A DNA stretch of 64,000 nucleotides from Balanoglossus misakiensis (lineage: Eukaryota; Animalia; Hemichordata), in contig CM082578.2 of NCBI GenBank assembly GCA_040954595.2, forward strand, positions 9,471,519 to 9,535,518, given 5' to 3'. Shown here in pieces: positions 36,806 through 51,000 of this stretch. Under the pieces are notes generated by a model that saw only the letters and a program-made list of their open reading frames with translations, was not told the origin of the DNA and did no database searches. The position numbers and the translations under genes are program-made. How positions within the stretch are numbered: the stretch's first letter is position 1; every line of letters begins with the position of its first letter.

Positions 36806-39475
36806 GTAAGTCGAATAATTCCAAGCATCAATTTCCCCGGTTAAATATTGAACAAAGGGTCGCGAGTTCTTTTAATGTCGTCTGCTTAATTGGTGTCATT
36901 TCCCAAAGTTGGAGAAGAAAGTCGAATCACTAGTCAACGGCGCAGTGTACCAATCAGTTGTCGTGGTAACAAGAGTAGCGCACCAACCAGTTGCGTCATG
37001 CCGTCCCGTTTTATGTAGCCACCGAAAGTTCTTCGTTAAAAAAAGCAATATAATTATTTCCGAAGTCATCTTCCGAGGATATGGGGCGTCTCCCGGGCCA
37101 ACGTCTTTATTGCACTAATACGCGCCCGGCCAGCTACTGCAGAATGTGAAAGTGAAGAGATGCATAATAAACGAGGCTAATTGCGTCAATTCTAAATTAC
37201 CATGGCAATGGAACTTCATTCTGACTGTGCATCTTGGATATAATTCAAACTTTCAGACAAGTTTGTGTTCAGTCTGACATGTTCACGTGATTCATATTGA
37301 TCCTTTGCTACTACATTGGTATATTTTGAACCCTTTACCAATAACTTTAAACATTGGCTTAGCATCGGTAGAGTCAGCTTAATTTTCATAATATTATGCA
37401 TACATTTCACAGAACCTCACAAAATCACGGCACCGGGTTTTTACTGAGGACCATCAGCGGCAGGGGAGTTCGCGGTATGACTACCGACGGAGTAAATTAA
37501 ACTGACTTCACAACGCTGCAGAAAACAGTTCAAAACAAACACTGACTGAAAAGCGAATTCTGCACAATGTGCATGTACCGTGATCATGATTGTCCGGGTA
37601 AGAAATGGGGAGACATAAAATCAATTTCATCAGGTTAGCAAGAATGGTAGCTCCATCAAAATTAGGTCGCTTATCGTCTGCATCCACTGAAAAATGCAAT
37701 GACCGAATTTTATTAAACGTGACGTGACCTGCCGGCGAACTGCGGCCCATCACGACCCTTTCAATTTTCGCAGATTTCCAAGTGATTTTTGTGAAGTGTC
37801 TCTTGTAGCTTTAATTTGATAATTTTTATGGTCATCGACTCGTTTTCCCGCGACCTTTGGTCAATGCAATCAATCAAGACACAGTTTGTCAACCCTTCTT
37901 ACCGAAGCAGAAAACGTTTACCGACGCATGTAAGCCTAAGCAGACCCGAGAATGCAATAACCAAACCAAATTATTAAAACAGTGCGCAGCCGAGCAAACT
38001 CGGCGCCATTTTGTGTGTGTGACGCACTACTGTCTAGCGTCTGTGATTGAACAGCAATGGCACAAACACATCAAGTCCCTGGTGCGTCACTCCAGGTCCA
38101 CAGGCGATGCTTCAATATTAGACAATATCCCAGCCTATTTTATACTCTCTGCTTGTTTAATATGTAAGTAGTAAGCTGCGAGTTGTCACATGCAGGCCAG
38201 CACTGTACAACTAGTACATTGTACTAGTATTATGTGTCTGTAGGATATTTAGTGTGCTGAAACGAGATGTTATGGTAAATATTATCCAAGCGGTATATAC
38301 GTGTGCCGAATGGCGCATCGAAAAAAAATCGAAACGACGGAGAAGCAGCAGGGTATACATGTTGCTGGATTTTTCTTCTTTGTCTCCACTCGGCATCTTT
38401 CTGACGCCACGATATGATGTCTCCGTATTGTGACTACGATTCATTTCGCTGATGAACTTGAAGTGTAACACAAAGACGATTTTCTGAAATGTGGAATTTT
38501 CGTCGAATTCGGGTGGCATGGCGTTCTCAGATTTCTCATTCAATGAAGATGGGACTGTATTAGTAAAATGAGTCTAGATTTGATTGCACATTAAAAAAAT
38601 AACTTGGAGCATTTTTAACGAAGTGTATTACAGTTGACAATTTTTTTCATGAGGTGCATGAAACATGAGATTTTTTTCTTCGCGAGAATGTGATTACAAG
38701 CACGGCTCGCCCACATCAAATCCAGCCGACATGTTCTATTGTGTATCAAGCATACAGACACATATGGCCTCGTGTGCTCAAAGTTGCCGACCCTATTGAA
38801 ATGGGCTGTTTCTCAATTTGATTACATGGTTCTGCATTGTCAAACAATATCGTGCCACACTGCGGATGATGGAGAAAAAAACGAGGGAAAATGCGTGGGC
38901 GATGTCAATATCGACTACTAGTATACAGTGGGCGAAACGCTCAGACTATGACTCGGTGAAGTTGTCGCGTTCTTGTATGGTGACAGTCATGTTAATGGTT
39001 TTTGCTGCGGTGCCTTCAAAGTATCGTAGTCAATGCATGGTGATTTTAATAAGCTTGCTAAGATTGATCTCTTAGACCGCCTTCTATAACGTGTGTGCAA
39101 TGAAAACAGCTTTCCAAGAACCTTTCTGGGAACCCAGAACGCATGTATCGACATGATGGAAGCAAAGTGAGCTTGATAGCATACGAAGAATGCTTTCATT
39201 TTTAAAGTTTTTATATCACATCAAGCAGTGCGCCTGCACCATAGGTAAAATTGGTATGAATAGCAGACACAGTCTGGTGGCCCATAGGCCTACTATGGGC
39301 CGGTGTACCCCCCTCCCCCCCCGATAAGGACCACACCACAGACCCTGGGGCGAAACAAGCATGGTGTTTGGTCAAGTGTATACTAAGTATGCTTCCCGAA
39401 ATACCCCCCTCGCACACATAGCACCTACACTGCCGTGCTAAAATTCTCCATCTTCTTGCAATTTGCATCTCCCAG

Positions 39476-39676
39476 CAGCATTGGGATACAGCGAGGAGCT
39501 CCCGCAGAAGCTATCCGTGGTCCAGCAAGCGCAGCAGCCGGCAGGCTTCTCTCAGCGAGCCGAACTGCATCGTTGTCGGTCGACAGTACGGGGGCATCAG
39601 TACGCCCTCCATCACCGTGACGTCAGCCGCGCCGGAACCGCCGTCACTGAACCCCGAGGGGGAGGTGAAAGTCGAG
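39476..39676 (+). CDS. Single-pass membrane protein, exon 4
   Basis: ctcccag|CAG (NAGNAG) ... GAG|GTAAAT; phase 0-0; QHWDTARSSRRSYPWSSKRSSRQASLSEP...EGEVKVE. Confidence 0.85.
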
Positions 39677-40007
39677 GTAAATTGTAGACACACTTTTCGT
39701 TGACCAGTGATGTACATACATGTATTTCGGGACCGAGGTACTGAAAAGTGTCGGTCGTTCTTCCCTGACCTTCATCAAAACGAAATCCAACTCAACTCAT
39801 AACCGAGAAAGGGCAGTGGTTGGAGTAACCTTCTCGCACTTGTTGAGGTGCTTTTTTGTTTCTTTTCGTCGCTTGTCAGTTTTTAATATGACATGCAGTG
39901 GCTATTCGCTATGACCCTACATTCATTTTGTAATAACATTTCGCGATATCCATTTCGCAGTAATATTGAGCTCCCAGTAATTTCTTATCATGTTTTTTTA
40001 TCCAAAG

Positions 40008-40481
40008 CCCACTTCGAATGGATTTCCTGGAGCACCGACTATGCGCCTATGTAAGTCAGCACCTGCGATGACAGCGCCCTCGTTCCAAGTGAACCATTCG
40101 GCGAGCAGCGCCAGCTGTAGCATGGATGCGTCCGAGGACGACAACCTGAGTGCCACAACCAGCGGTGACCTCAGCGAGGAGTCCGGGGACAACAACATAG
40201 ACTGTAAGCCGACCAGAATGTTCCTGTCCGTCGGAGACCCGTACACCTACACCCCGGGTGGCGTGTTCGTGGAAGAGGCCGAGAGTCCTGCTGTGCAGAA
40301 CGAGGCTAGGGTCGGAGGTCAGGAGATGAAGGGGAAGGGGAAAAGCGGAGGAGACGACAAGGGTGCTACCGAGAAAAATGACAAACGTCAGACGCCCAAC
40401 GCTGGCTCGTTTCTCAGCCCCGAAATGCCCGGATTGAGAAACCAACTCGAAATCGATGAAAGCCAGTGTCTCACGAGGTGA
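40008..40481 (+). CDS. Single-pass membrane protein, terminal exon 5
   Basis: ttttttatccaaag| phase 0; PTSNGFPGAP...EIDESQCLTR*. Five exons sum to 1266 nt = 421 aa + stop with all phases compatible. Confidence 0.85.
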   Translation, partial: PTSNGFPGAPTMRLCKSAPAMTAPSFQVNHSASSASCSMDASEDDNLSATTSGDLSEESGDNNIDCKPTRMFLSVGDPYTYTPGGVFVEEAESPAVQNEARVGGQEMKGKGKSGGDDKGATEKNDKRQTPNAGSFLSPEMPGLRNQLEIDESQCLTR

Positions 40482-43400
40482 TGATGCGGCGAGGTTACCA
40501 TGGTTACCGGTCAGGTTTGTGTGCGTCACAATCGAGGGAATCTGGTGCTTTTACAGAGCGGAGAGTGAAGCCATGCAAATAAGTATGTGTCCTAGAAACG
40601 CGATTTCGAAGCCATATAGATGTACCAAAACCGATCCACCTAAAAACTGAAGTGAAGCGTTCGCAAATTCTGCCTGTCATGGCGCCCCCTGCGACAAGAA
40701 ACGAAACACTTATATGGCTCGTGCTACAAATTCTGTAGGTATTTTTACATGTCCGTCCTGAAAGGGCGCCCATAACGTGCGGTAAAGAAACAAGGCTTAC
40801 TTTGCAGAGCACTTCGCGTTCCTTTACAAAGGAGAACTCGAAGAATTATATACTTTACAAAGATGAAGACTTATACACTTTACATTCAACGATATGCAAT
40901 TAATTACCGAGAATAGAAAACTTTGAATCTTCTTATTCCGATGATCATTTGAGTTGTCAGCGACGATCTACCCGTTCCCTGGAAATGCCACCAATAGCAA
41001 TAAGAGTGTACATTTCGAATGAACACGACTTTTAGGGGATGTATGTCAAGAACACACAGACGAGTACGAGTGTTCATGTACATGTACAACATATATGCAC
41101 ATTAGCATTGAGAATCCACGACAAAATATATGGCGGCTGCAACCACCTCAATTATGAGGCCCATTGACACAATATTTACCTATCAATTACTGTATGATAT
41201 CTATAAATAAATAAATAAGTAAATAAATGAATAAATTAATTATTCTTAAAACTTTCGTTCGTGCTGTAGTTGAGAGAGAGAGGGTGGGGGCGATATTGAC
41301 TGCAAAAATATCAAACGGGTGAGACACCTGTCGATTGAAGTGTTGTGCTGGAGAAGGAACTGAGCGCGTGTAGCGCCCCCTACGACCGAACTCTATTATT
41401 ATTGGTTTTGATGATAACATGCTTGAACAATTCCCTTTATATTGTATTCAAATTGCCTGCAACAGCGCCAGAAAGGTGGTGGCTTTTTTGGTCTTTGTTT
41501 AGAGACTGACTCACGCGGCATGAAGCTGCAGCACGTGTAGCTGAGATAGCGATAACAAATCATTGATAGCCCCGAAACAGAACGCGGAATGACGTGTTCA
41601 GATCAAAACTTGATATGTGACTGAAATAGCACACAAAATTGCTGCTTGATTCGGAGATAACCCGTCCTGCTTTTTTCTTCCCCAAAAGGAAATTATGTCA
41701 CTGTATATACGTACATGTTGCGTTGCGACATAAATTGAACAAATGATTTGGACAAAGGATTAGAATGAACGAATGATGCTCGGTCACATTTTTAATGAAA
41801 TAGCGATAATATTACCCGTGTCTGTACATTTATAGGTTGAATGATTCTTCTTCGCGCGTTTGCAGAGACTTATTTCCCAACAGAGGCTACCAATGTACTA
41901 CTTTTGGTGATGCTGCTGTATGACTATTTCAGGGACGATTTTCGAGTGGCCAGAAGAAAAACATGTACTTCGCTAGTCTGCTTCAGTCATATTTACTTGT
42001 AATTTCTTCCTTCACGCGACATTTTGGCATGATTTTATTTCTAAATCGCCCAAGGTTAATATCATTTTCAAGTTCATTAATTACAGCTGTGAATACGAAC
42101 CTATTGCCTGTTGAACCTATTGATGTATTCGTTTGATTTCAGTTGCCGCGCTAAGCAGAATATCTGCCAGAATTTATTTCCGTTAAAAAATAATTGACAC
42201 GATAACTTACTTCCGTCCGCTTGACCTTGTGGCAATGTCAACCGGGGGACCACAGGTGTGATTTATAATGCGCTCGCAGCAAGCCACGCGTCAAAAGATC
42301 GGAAAAGATTGAATGTTGCGGTGTCAGACAGGGTCCCCGTAAACGATTTTGTACAACCATCTGCAGAGGCTAAACCAGGATTTATTCGGTAGAAAATGAC
42401 TGCGCGTTACATATAAAATGATCGAAAATAAAGTGAATGAGATTACCATTGCAAATTGCCGGTGGAAATGTGGAGTCACGTGACTTCGAAGTCGCCCGAT
42501 ATGATATTTCAAGCGTAAAATTGACAGTAGACGTTATATTTTGAAAATGGGCGTCGATTTTTGCTTTGGTATTGTTTCCCTCACGGAGGCAAGCCTTGAT
42601 TGTGCCATTTTAATATTTTTCCAGGTTTTTTTTCTGGAGAGTTTCAGAAACGGGAACGAGGCTAAGCCCAAATCAGGTGCACAATCTTGATAATTCATTA
42701 TCGATTTCTTTGGTTCAACGCAATATGGCCCTTTCTGACATCCTGGAATTGCCGCATTCATCATAATGGTACGACTTCGCCGATTTAATTGATTGAAATA
42801 ACAAACACCCAACGCAGCAAACCCAGAATTCATTCTGTTCGGTTGGCCACTCAATTGATGCTTTTGACTGATTGATCGATGTGGAAAGTCGAAACTGCAC
42901 GTCACCTCACCCTGACTGATTGTTTTTGAACGTTCGCCTGCAATTTTTTTTCTCGAGTGCCTCTCCGGGCTTCGATTCGTTTCTCGTGGGAACGATTAAT
43001 CTTTTTTGGAGTTACACAAATCGTCGGCCGTTTGCAGGGCGTGGCGCTCCGTGTCATATTCAAGTGGCTACCGATTGGCTCCAACAGTGTTCCGCGCTTG
43101 ACTCCTTGTTCAGTGTGTCCCGGATGTTAGTGACCAAACGTGCAAGTGTGTGACGAATAGGATGCTCTCTGTTATAGGTTGTCTACGACATATGATAACC
43201 GATATCATTTGGCGGGAAAGGAAGGTGACATCATCAGCCACCATTGTCCAAGCAACTCAGAAGAATTCAGAATCCCATATCCAAGCGCCCAGGACTTCGT
43301 TTTCTCAATGTAATAAAATGTTAATGACCTAAACTACATCTATGCAAATATGCTTACTAGTCAATGTATCATGGTAAAAAACATTAACACAGGTGTTGCT

Positions 43401-45483
43401 CATTTACATAATTCATATCCACTGTTATTTGTCATTGGACGACTGGCAACGATTCTCACAAATTTGAAAACAGCCTGAATGACCCCCTTTCAGGGGTGAA
43501 GTTACTGTAACACCTTGCACATAAACACGGATCACACATTCTTCTCCTGCATTGCTTTTTTTCTTTCTCCCGTGTACTGTGACGGGCTGTAGAACCGTAT
43601 TATGATAGGTTTGTTTTCGACTCTGGTCAGGGTACGGATGTGCCACGTGGACAAACGCCAACAGATTGAGGATTCAACTCTTCACACGGTACAAAACCCA
43701 AAGCAAAAAGCACAGTGAACTCTACATCCAGCTGTACATGCGCACAACACGTCCAGGCCGTGTCCTCTGATGAAATCTATGACAAAAATTGCAGGGCTGG
43801 TCAATAAATCGGATGGCATTGAAGAGAAAATGCGCACAAACTTACTGACATAGTTGAAGTACCCTTATTGATGCATGTTTTAAAAATTGACATATGTTTG
43901 TACGCAGTGTTTAAAAATCGTGCTCCCCGGGCATTGAAACACGTGAGTCACCATCTAAAAAGTACAGTCACATGTACTTTATTTCTTTCACAGAATCAGT
44001 TGTCACCCAATCATGTTCACGCACGATAATGGAGGGGGTTGTATTGTTCGGATGTCAGTTCACGGACACCGCCATCTTTGTTGAAGTACATAAAAGTTGG
44101 GGCGAGTCTGGAATAACGTTTCAAGTGTATAACAGCAGCTTAGCGGTGTGGTTGATTTAGCTAACGTTTTTATTTAATAAAGTGACTAGATCGCGCCAGC
44201 TGATGCCGCTTTGATGTAATATATCTTTCGCCCAAATTGTCAGACGACGGCTCAAGTTGTATATCTAGCCAGCGAGTTTCGGTTGGTATTTTGTTTCGGG
44301 TGAGTAAGCGGACTTTACGTGAAAGATATATTTTAAGAGTGAATAAACCAATGTGTGGATAAAACCACAGACCGTAAATTCGTCGTGGTTGACGACATGA
44401 TACGTTAAATTGGTCTATCAAGTCATTCTCGCGGCAACTTCTGGGGTAAACGAGTACATTCCTGGCTTGTCGACAAGTTTACAACTGTCCACAAGAGCAG
44501 TCGATGATTTTTGCAGGAACAAAAATGTTTGGTTTCACCATCTGGATGATCTGGACAGGATGGCAGATGGTTCAGTCTGCTCTGTTTCCAGAATATATGC
44601 CGGGCAAAGATCCTGCAAAGATAGCCACCATCATGTTAACAATCTCTTTGTCGAAAGAGATTTCACAGCGAATCGATAGGTTTCAACCACGGAGTTTATA
44701 CTCACGCGACGTTTACATGTGTCTACATGGGCCATCTGTGGTACACTGAACCATATGTTACAAAATGTACAGAGTGCGAGCTTTACAAAATTATCAAACT
44801 ATAAATCGGTTATAATCTTTCATTTCATCCAAACAAACCAGAAACGGTTGAAAGGTGGACTGTTTTCGATTGTATTACTTGCAATAAAAGTCTTCCTAGC
44901 ATAATCTCAAAAATCAAGAATTTTCGCAGAAATTTTCTTTTTTAGTTCTCTTGTCTCTTATATCTTTGGAAATCGTTAACAGCTGTGGGATATACTTTTT
45001 AGGTTCAACAATGTGTACATAATACCCTTAAAGAGTTGTTTATTTGAATATTTACCTATGACTGCACCACCTGGGGACTTATAACAGTAATACCTGAGCA
45101 GCAATTACTATGTTTTACAGTTAAAGTATATCTAAACGGAACCATGGTTCAACACACATAGTGGCAAATTGGCCCATCACTTCAATGGATACTAGACAAA
45201 GAAGAAATTCTCTGTCTGTCTCTTTCTCTCCGGGCCTCTCTTCACCCTCTCAGGCCACCTTAATCTTAGATGCTGCCTACACGCTACCACTATAGTGCCA
45301 ATATTTCCTTTTCGAAAACAAATCGCGAATATACTCAAGAAAACTTGTCTTATAAGAAATCACGAGTGAAATATGTCTTCCAATTATCGATGCCAATGCA
45401 AGTTTAAGCCCCGCGTCGCCAGATACATGGCTAATGGTGGGAATTATATACGCTCTCGCTTTTATGACGAGCGCAATAAAATA

Positions 45484-45870
45484 TTACGCCATTTGACAGA
45501 TCATTTGCAGGGACAAGGGAGACACGCTTGACGTTGCAACACCGGAGACGAAGTCGGCGTTTGGCAGACTAATCGTCTCCCGAAGATCCATTACCACCAG
45601 AGACTCCCGATGTGATATCACCGGTGGGACGGCGGCTTGCTGCTGATGGGCCGAGCCGGCGTCGAGCGCACCTTCGACTGACACGGCGACTAGCTAGGTG
45701 CAAGGAAAACAAACAAACGCACCTTCCCCTTTCCCTAACGCTCTTAACGCTATTTAGATTCGCAAGTGACCTGAACGCTTGAAGGTCCGGGGTTCCGTTT
45801 GGCGGGGCGCTGTCAAACACCATGTTGGCGACCCCGAGCACGTCCCCTGAGCGACGAGATCACGGAGCCC
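45484..45870 (-). promoter_or_regulatory. CpG-rich promoter/first-exon-like island
   Basis: GC/CpG-rich patch; minus-strand gccaacATGG at 45823 and donor AAG|GTGCGT at 45723/45722; no recognisable product. Confidence 0.3.
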
Positions 45871-47035
45871 GTGTCATTCAAGATTAGTGCACATAGCTTG
45901 AACGACTATGCGGTGCATTTCAATGTTCGCGAAATATTCGCACTGGTATGCGACAGGCATGGTCTAATCAACGAAGAAGGGAAGAAGTACACACACGTGA
46001 CGCATAGCACAAAGTGACTAAAGTTTTGGACCTACATTTTGTATTTCACCAAACGTGTCATCAGTCACGATTTCTGGCCGAAAATTTGCCCCTTTTCGCC
46101 GTTTTGTGATCTTTGGAATTGTACGTGCAGATTTACAACTGACAGTAACAAATGGATAAATGATTTTCTAGTGCTAAATGCTCCAAAGAATTGCCATTAC
46201 GAAATACGAGAAGCTAGTCCCCAGGCTGTATCTAACGATGTCGGATAACTTATCATTCGTCGACTTCGGGTGATTTCCGCGACAGCTCGCGTGAAAAAAA
46301 AGTATATAAGAGTTCATCGGTAAACATTCATCTCAAATATAAATCATGTCTAATGGGTAATTTATGAGATTTCATGCCAATACATTTCTATTCAAACGAT
46401 GTCAAACACTCTGCAACGAGATTACATTGGCGACGTCTGGGTACCACACCCGCAGACCAAAGAGTACTCTTTGATGTGGCGCTAAATAAATCGATTATGG
46501 TGTTCAACGACACGTATACGCGCATGCCATCATTTCAGCCCCAGTGCCGAGGTACCTTGACCCCAAGTGGAAAATTGGCATGCCCTACAAGTTGTGATAA
46601 TCAAATTTTCAAAACGTTTGGCAAGCGAGAACTGAAGCGGAAAATGGGCAAATGAATTTTTTACGGGAGGAATTCTGACTGTCACGTTGCGTTCATTGCA
46701 ATACTTCACAAGTGTGTAAACTGCAGCCCAGTACCCAGGAATGTCGTCCGTCAACTTTGCGAAAGCATTTCACTGTCGCCATATTATTGCTGATCAGTAT
46801 TTTTGGCAAGCTGAAAAAGGTCTTAAGGACGACCGAATTCGATGGAATGTTTCTGCTATGGATTTCGATAGTTTGTCAGAAATTGCATTCATTGAACATG
46901 TATTTTTATTGGACTGTTACCCATGCCAAATTCAAAGAGTTACAGAGTTACATAAGTTATGTTGTCAAGTTTTCCAAAGCACGAACCTGAGTACATTGCG
47001 TTGTGTTGCTTTGAGCTGTAATGTACTGTAGTGTC

Positions 47036-47094
47036 TGTATTGTATTGTATTGTATTGTATTGTATTGTATTGTATTGTATTGTATTGTATTGTA
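47036..47094. repeat. (TGTAT)11 microsatellite
   Basis: Perfect pentanucleotide repeat. Confidence 0.95.
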
Positions 47095-48053
47095 CCATAA
47101 CGTATTGTAGCCGTGATCTATTTCATTGGACTGAATTGCACTGCATTGAACTTTGCCAGGTTTGGCAGTTTTTTTGAAGTAACATCAGCGCTGGTGATTG
47201 AAATCAGTTGCGTTCAAGCCTCGACCACCTGCCTCCGAGCACTTATCTCGTCATGGCAACACCGTATAGAAAACACTCCACTCCCCTTCCGGGATTTTAT
47301 CTCATCAAGTGCAAAAAATGCGCCGCGCAGTAGAATCCATATGTCACCTATAGAACGCTGAAATACTCCATCGTTTGCATCTTGTTCGCTATACACCGTG
47401 TGTGCAATGGAAAAGCTTGATAAACTGGGTCCACACAATGTCCTCATTTCCTGCTAATACGTGCTTTACAAATTACATTTTAAAAGCTCTAAGTAAGATT
47501 CTCTGTTTGGGGAAAAAACTCGAAAATCGTCCTAATTATACCCGACAATAAAAGTTATTAAAAGCATTCAGTTGTAATGAACTAGCTTGAAGTTCTGACA
47601 TGATTGCTCACACTCCCGACGGTCACCTTGGGTTAACATGCCATCGAAGTAATTTAGAGCTATTTGTGAGGAAACCCTCAAAGAGTTGCATTTCATTGAT
47701 TGACCTAATTGAGATAGAACCTTGCATACACACGTATGTGTGTCTTTCCTATATATGTATAATAGAGTCGAATACGGCTGGCGGCTATACACTTGAAATA
47801 TTAAACTGTGCACCACGTACTGGATTGGCCACTTTGCAGTTCTAATATTGTTGAACCGAGTCGGTACGTGAACGTCTCTGTTTGCTCAGACGCAGACATA
47901 CTAGTAAGAGCAATACCCAGACACACAGGGCTTTGTAAGGTATCGAGACTTCATCTGCCTAGAGAAAGACACAGAATCTGTGTACGTCGAATTAAGATCA
48001 GGTGTAGCGATGTGCTACCTGTACTTTATACATGTAGGGCGACTACACGTTTT

Positions 48054-48098
48054 GAATGAATGAACGAACGAATGAATGAATGAATGAATGAATGAATG
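48054..48098. repeat. (GAAT)n microsatellite
   Basis: About 11 units with two GAAC variants. Confidence 0.9.
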
Positions 48099-51000
48099 AT
48101 GGCTCAGTCCACGCAGGGGAAAACGTTACTTTTGATGGGATGGACATCAGATTCTTTTCGTTGTGACACCTCCAACGATAAACTCGAAGATGCTAAATTA
48201 CGACGAGCCGAATCTTCGCGGGCAGGCCGATTTTCGCCGTTGTTAACACATAGCTTTGTTATCGTCTAGTTGCATTTACGAGACGTAACCTGTAGACTTG
48301 CACGCATGTGATCATAAAAGCAAACATGATTTCTTCATCGTTATCAATCTTGCGGTTATCAGCAGTCTGGACAGTCATCATCGATATTACTAGAGCACAG
48401 TGCGATAATTTCGATTATCACAATACTTCGCTCATCTCGGATGATAAAGAAAGCATGTCAGGCTTTATCTCAAACTCTTTGTTTCTTTATCGCTATAGAT
48501 GCATCGTCACAGGGAAATTGGGTATCTGGCCATATTTCTTATTGCAAACACTCTCACGAAACCTCGTCCACATTTATATCAAACACTAGTTTATTAATGT
48601 TTTAGGAGATTCATTTGAATATGTTGAAAAGTAGTAGGCTACGGCATCGCAGTGTAGGCCTACACAGAGTGCAATTTTTGCCCGCTTTGAGAAGTTCGAT
48701 AGGTTGAGCATCGACTTGTCAGCGATGTATGAAGTCTGGGCCATCAAGCATGTACATGTATGTGTGCCCTATCAGAAATCACGCCATTTTGTGACAAGTC
48801 GTGAAATATTAAAACTTAGTTACAAGGGTTCATAACACAAAAAGTGGCTAAGTATCTAATTTCCCTGTGAATTCACCGTGAATCTCCAAGACACGACTCG
48901 TCTATTGGGTGTCGAATTGATTCCTATCTAATATCACCACACGCATTTTGCATGATTATACCCCCTCAATAAAACCTCTTCAAGCTGAACCATATTTAAT
49001 GGCCCTTGTACAGGTTCGCTGGAAAACAACACCTAATAACTTTCATCGCTACATACAATCACAAACTGTCAACGGCTGACATATTGCCAGTTTTCTGCGT
49101 TACCCCTCCTTAATAGCACGTGCCTGTTTCCACTATTACTATTGTTCCGTTTGCATGTCAAGTGCCTTGTCAAGGGGAGGATTAAAGGAAAACAATGGTG
49201 GGCGAATTGGTGGGCATATTGGAAACATCTGCCATGCATATGTATATGGCGATATCGAGTCATCTTGGTATCAAACTTAAGTGTTGTAGCTCGTTGAACA
49301 TCACATATGGCACGGTTTAATTTATGGTTGACGACCTAAATTTTCGTGTTCAATTGGATCTGACAAAACTACAAATCATATTCGCCCAGTAAATGCACAT
49401 CGGTACACCAATTAGAAACAAAAATGCAGGTACGACCATGCGCGACTACGGGGTTCCAAGTGGCAACGTGTACGACTGTTACTCTGGTAAATGATAAAGT
49501 TGCAGCAGCAACTGTCACAAACACCAAACGAAGCGCGCAGACCACAAAGTGCCAGACAACGAGAATGACAGAACACATTCCTCTTGGTAACAGTCATTCA
49601 GGGTTGACGTGTACTGTATTTTATCGCAAAGTGCTCAAAGCAGACGCCTTGTGATACTGAGCTGTGTATACATTATGAACACGGCAAATGGCAGATAGCT
49701 AGCCTGGAGTTGTGACTGTATGGGTGGATCGATGTGTTGTCTTTGTACCAGTTGTCAGAGGTACAACTGTGCATTTGATAAATTTCAGTTTTACTTCGAA
49801 AAAAGTGTATTATCAAAATGGCTAGGTAATTTTGTGTTAGACCTCTGCGTATTAATGGTGCGTGTTCATCTTGATATTACAAGAAAATTACACCCTGGAT
49901 TATTTCAGTTGTAAATCATACCTTCATGGGTAGGGGAAATCAGTATAAAAGGTCACATGTGCTAATGGATCACACCGTTTCATCTCTTGAAAAAAGTGTT
50001 ATCACAAAATAATTGGTTAATGGAACCTAAAATCTCTCACATTTCTTCTTTAAACTCTGTCAGGGCTGTAAGAAATGAACCGGCATTATTGGAGCGCATT
50101 GGATATAAGCAAATGTGGATCTATCTCTGTAACATATAAAGTTAGCATAACGACTTCACAGGTTGACGGCTCATATTAATGTTATCTCATCACTGTAGTA
50201 TGCTGAATCACCAGTTGTGGCAACTCAACTCACACCCTCTCACATGCATATGATTACTAGTATGATGAAATTTTCGGTATTAACCAAATAAGAAAGGGAT
50301 GGATATGTTCACGTGCTGTGTCACGCATAGAGTGTAAGTTGAACTGCGACAACCAATCACTGTGCACATTTCAGTGAGCAGAATAGCATTTAAAAACTAA
50401 GGTTAGCAACATAATGTCAAAGGTCGAGCAACTGCCCCCTTCAAAAACATGTTCAGCGACGACCAAAAGTGCAACAGTCATAAAAGTGTCTGATTACACA
50501 AAAGGAAACTGAATAATCCAAGAGACAGTAGTTGGCTGCCGTAAAAAAGTACACTCCGCCAGACTTCACACCCTGTAATAGAGGCAGCAGCCATGTACAT
50601 TTACACACGCCAAGCATTTTCCTTGATTGATTTCTCTAGAAAGCCGACTGCAAAAGCGGGGCTACCTCACCTGGAACAGATTTTGCCAGCAACAACATCG
50701 CTGCGCACCATATAATGTGCCATTAATATCCGCTATATGAGCTCTTGTCTCACACTTCAGCAACCTCAACATGTTAGATCTTTCTTAATGGACGTTCCCC
50801 GTAATGTTTCCCAGCTTAGTGAGCTGTGGCCGTTTGAATGTGACATGACTTTACGATCTCAACCAGAGGCTTGACTAATTTTTCATTTGGAGAAAAAAAC
50901 AACACTGGCATCGGGATCAGTCAGTGTTTTACTCTCAGTTTGTGAAAATTGACAACTACCAACTGCACACATGGCCTTGATATTCAACATCAAAGCCAAG

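Noticed and set aside
40056-40529. 157-aa minus-strand ORF
   Set aside because: Antisense shadow of exon 5.
46374-47031. Cluster of overlapping 74-96 aa ORFs
   Set aside because: No recognisable motif or consistent splice structure.
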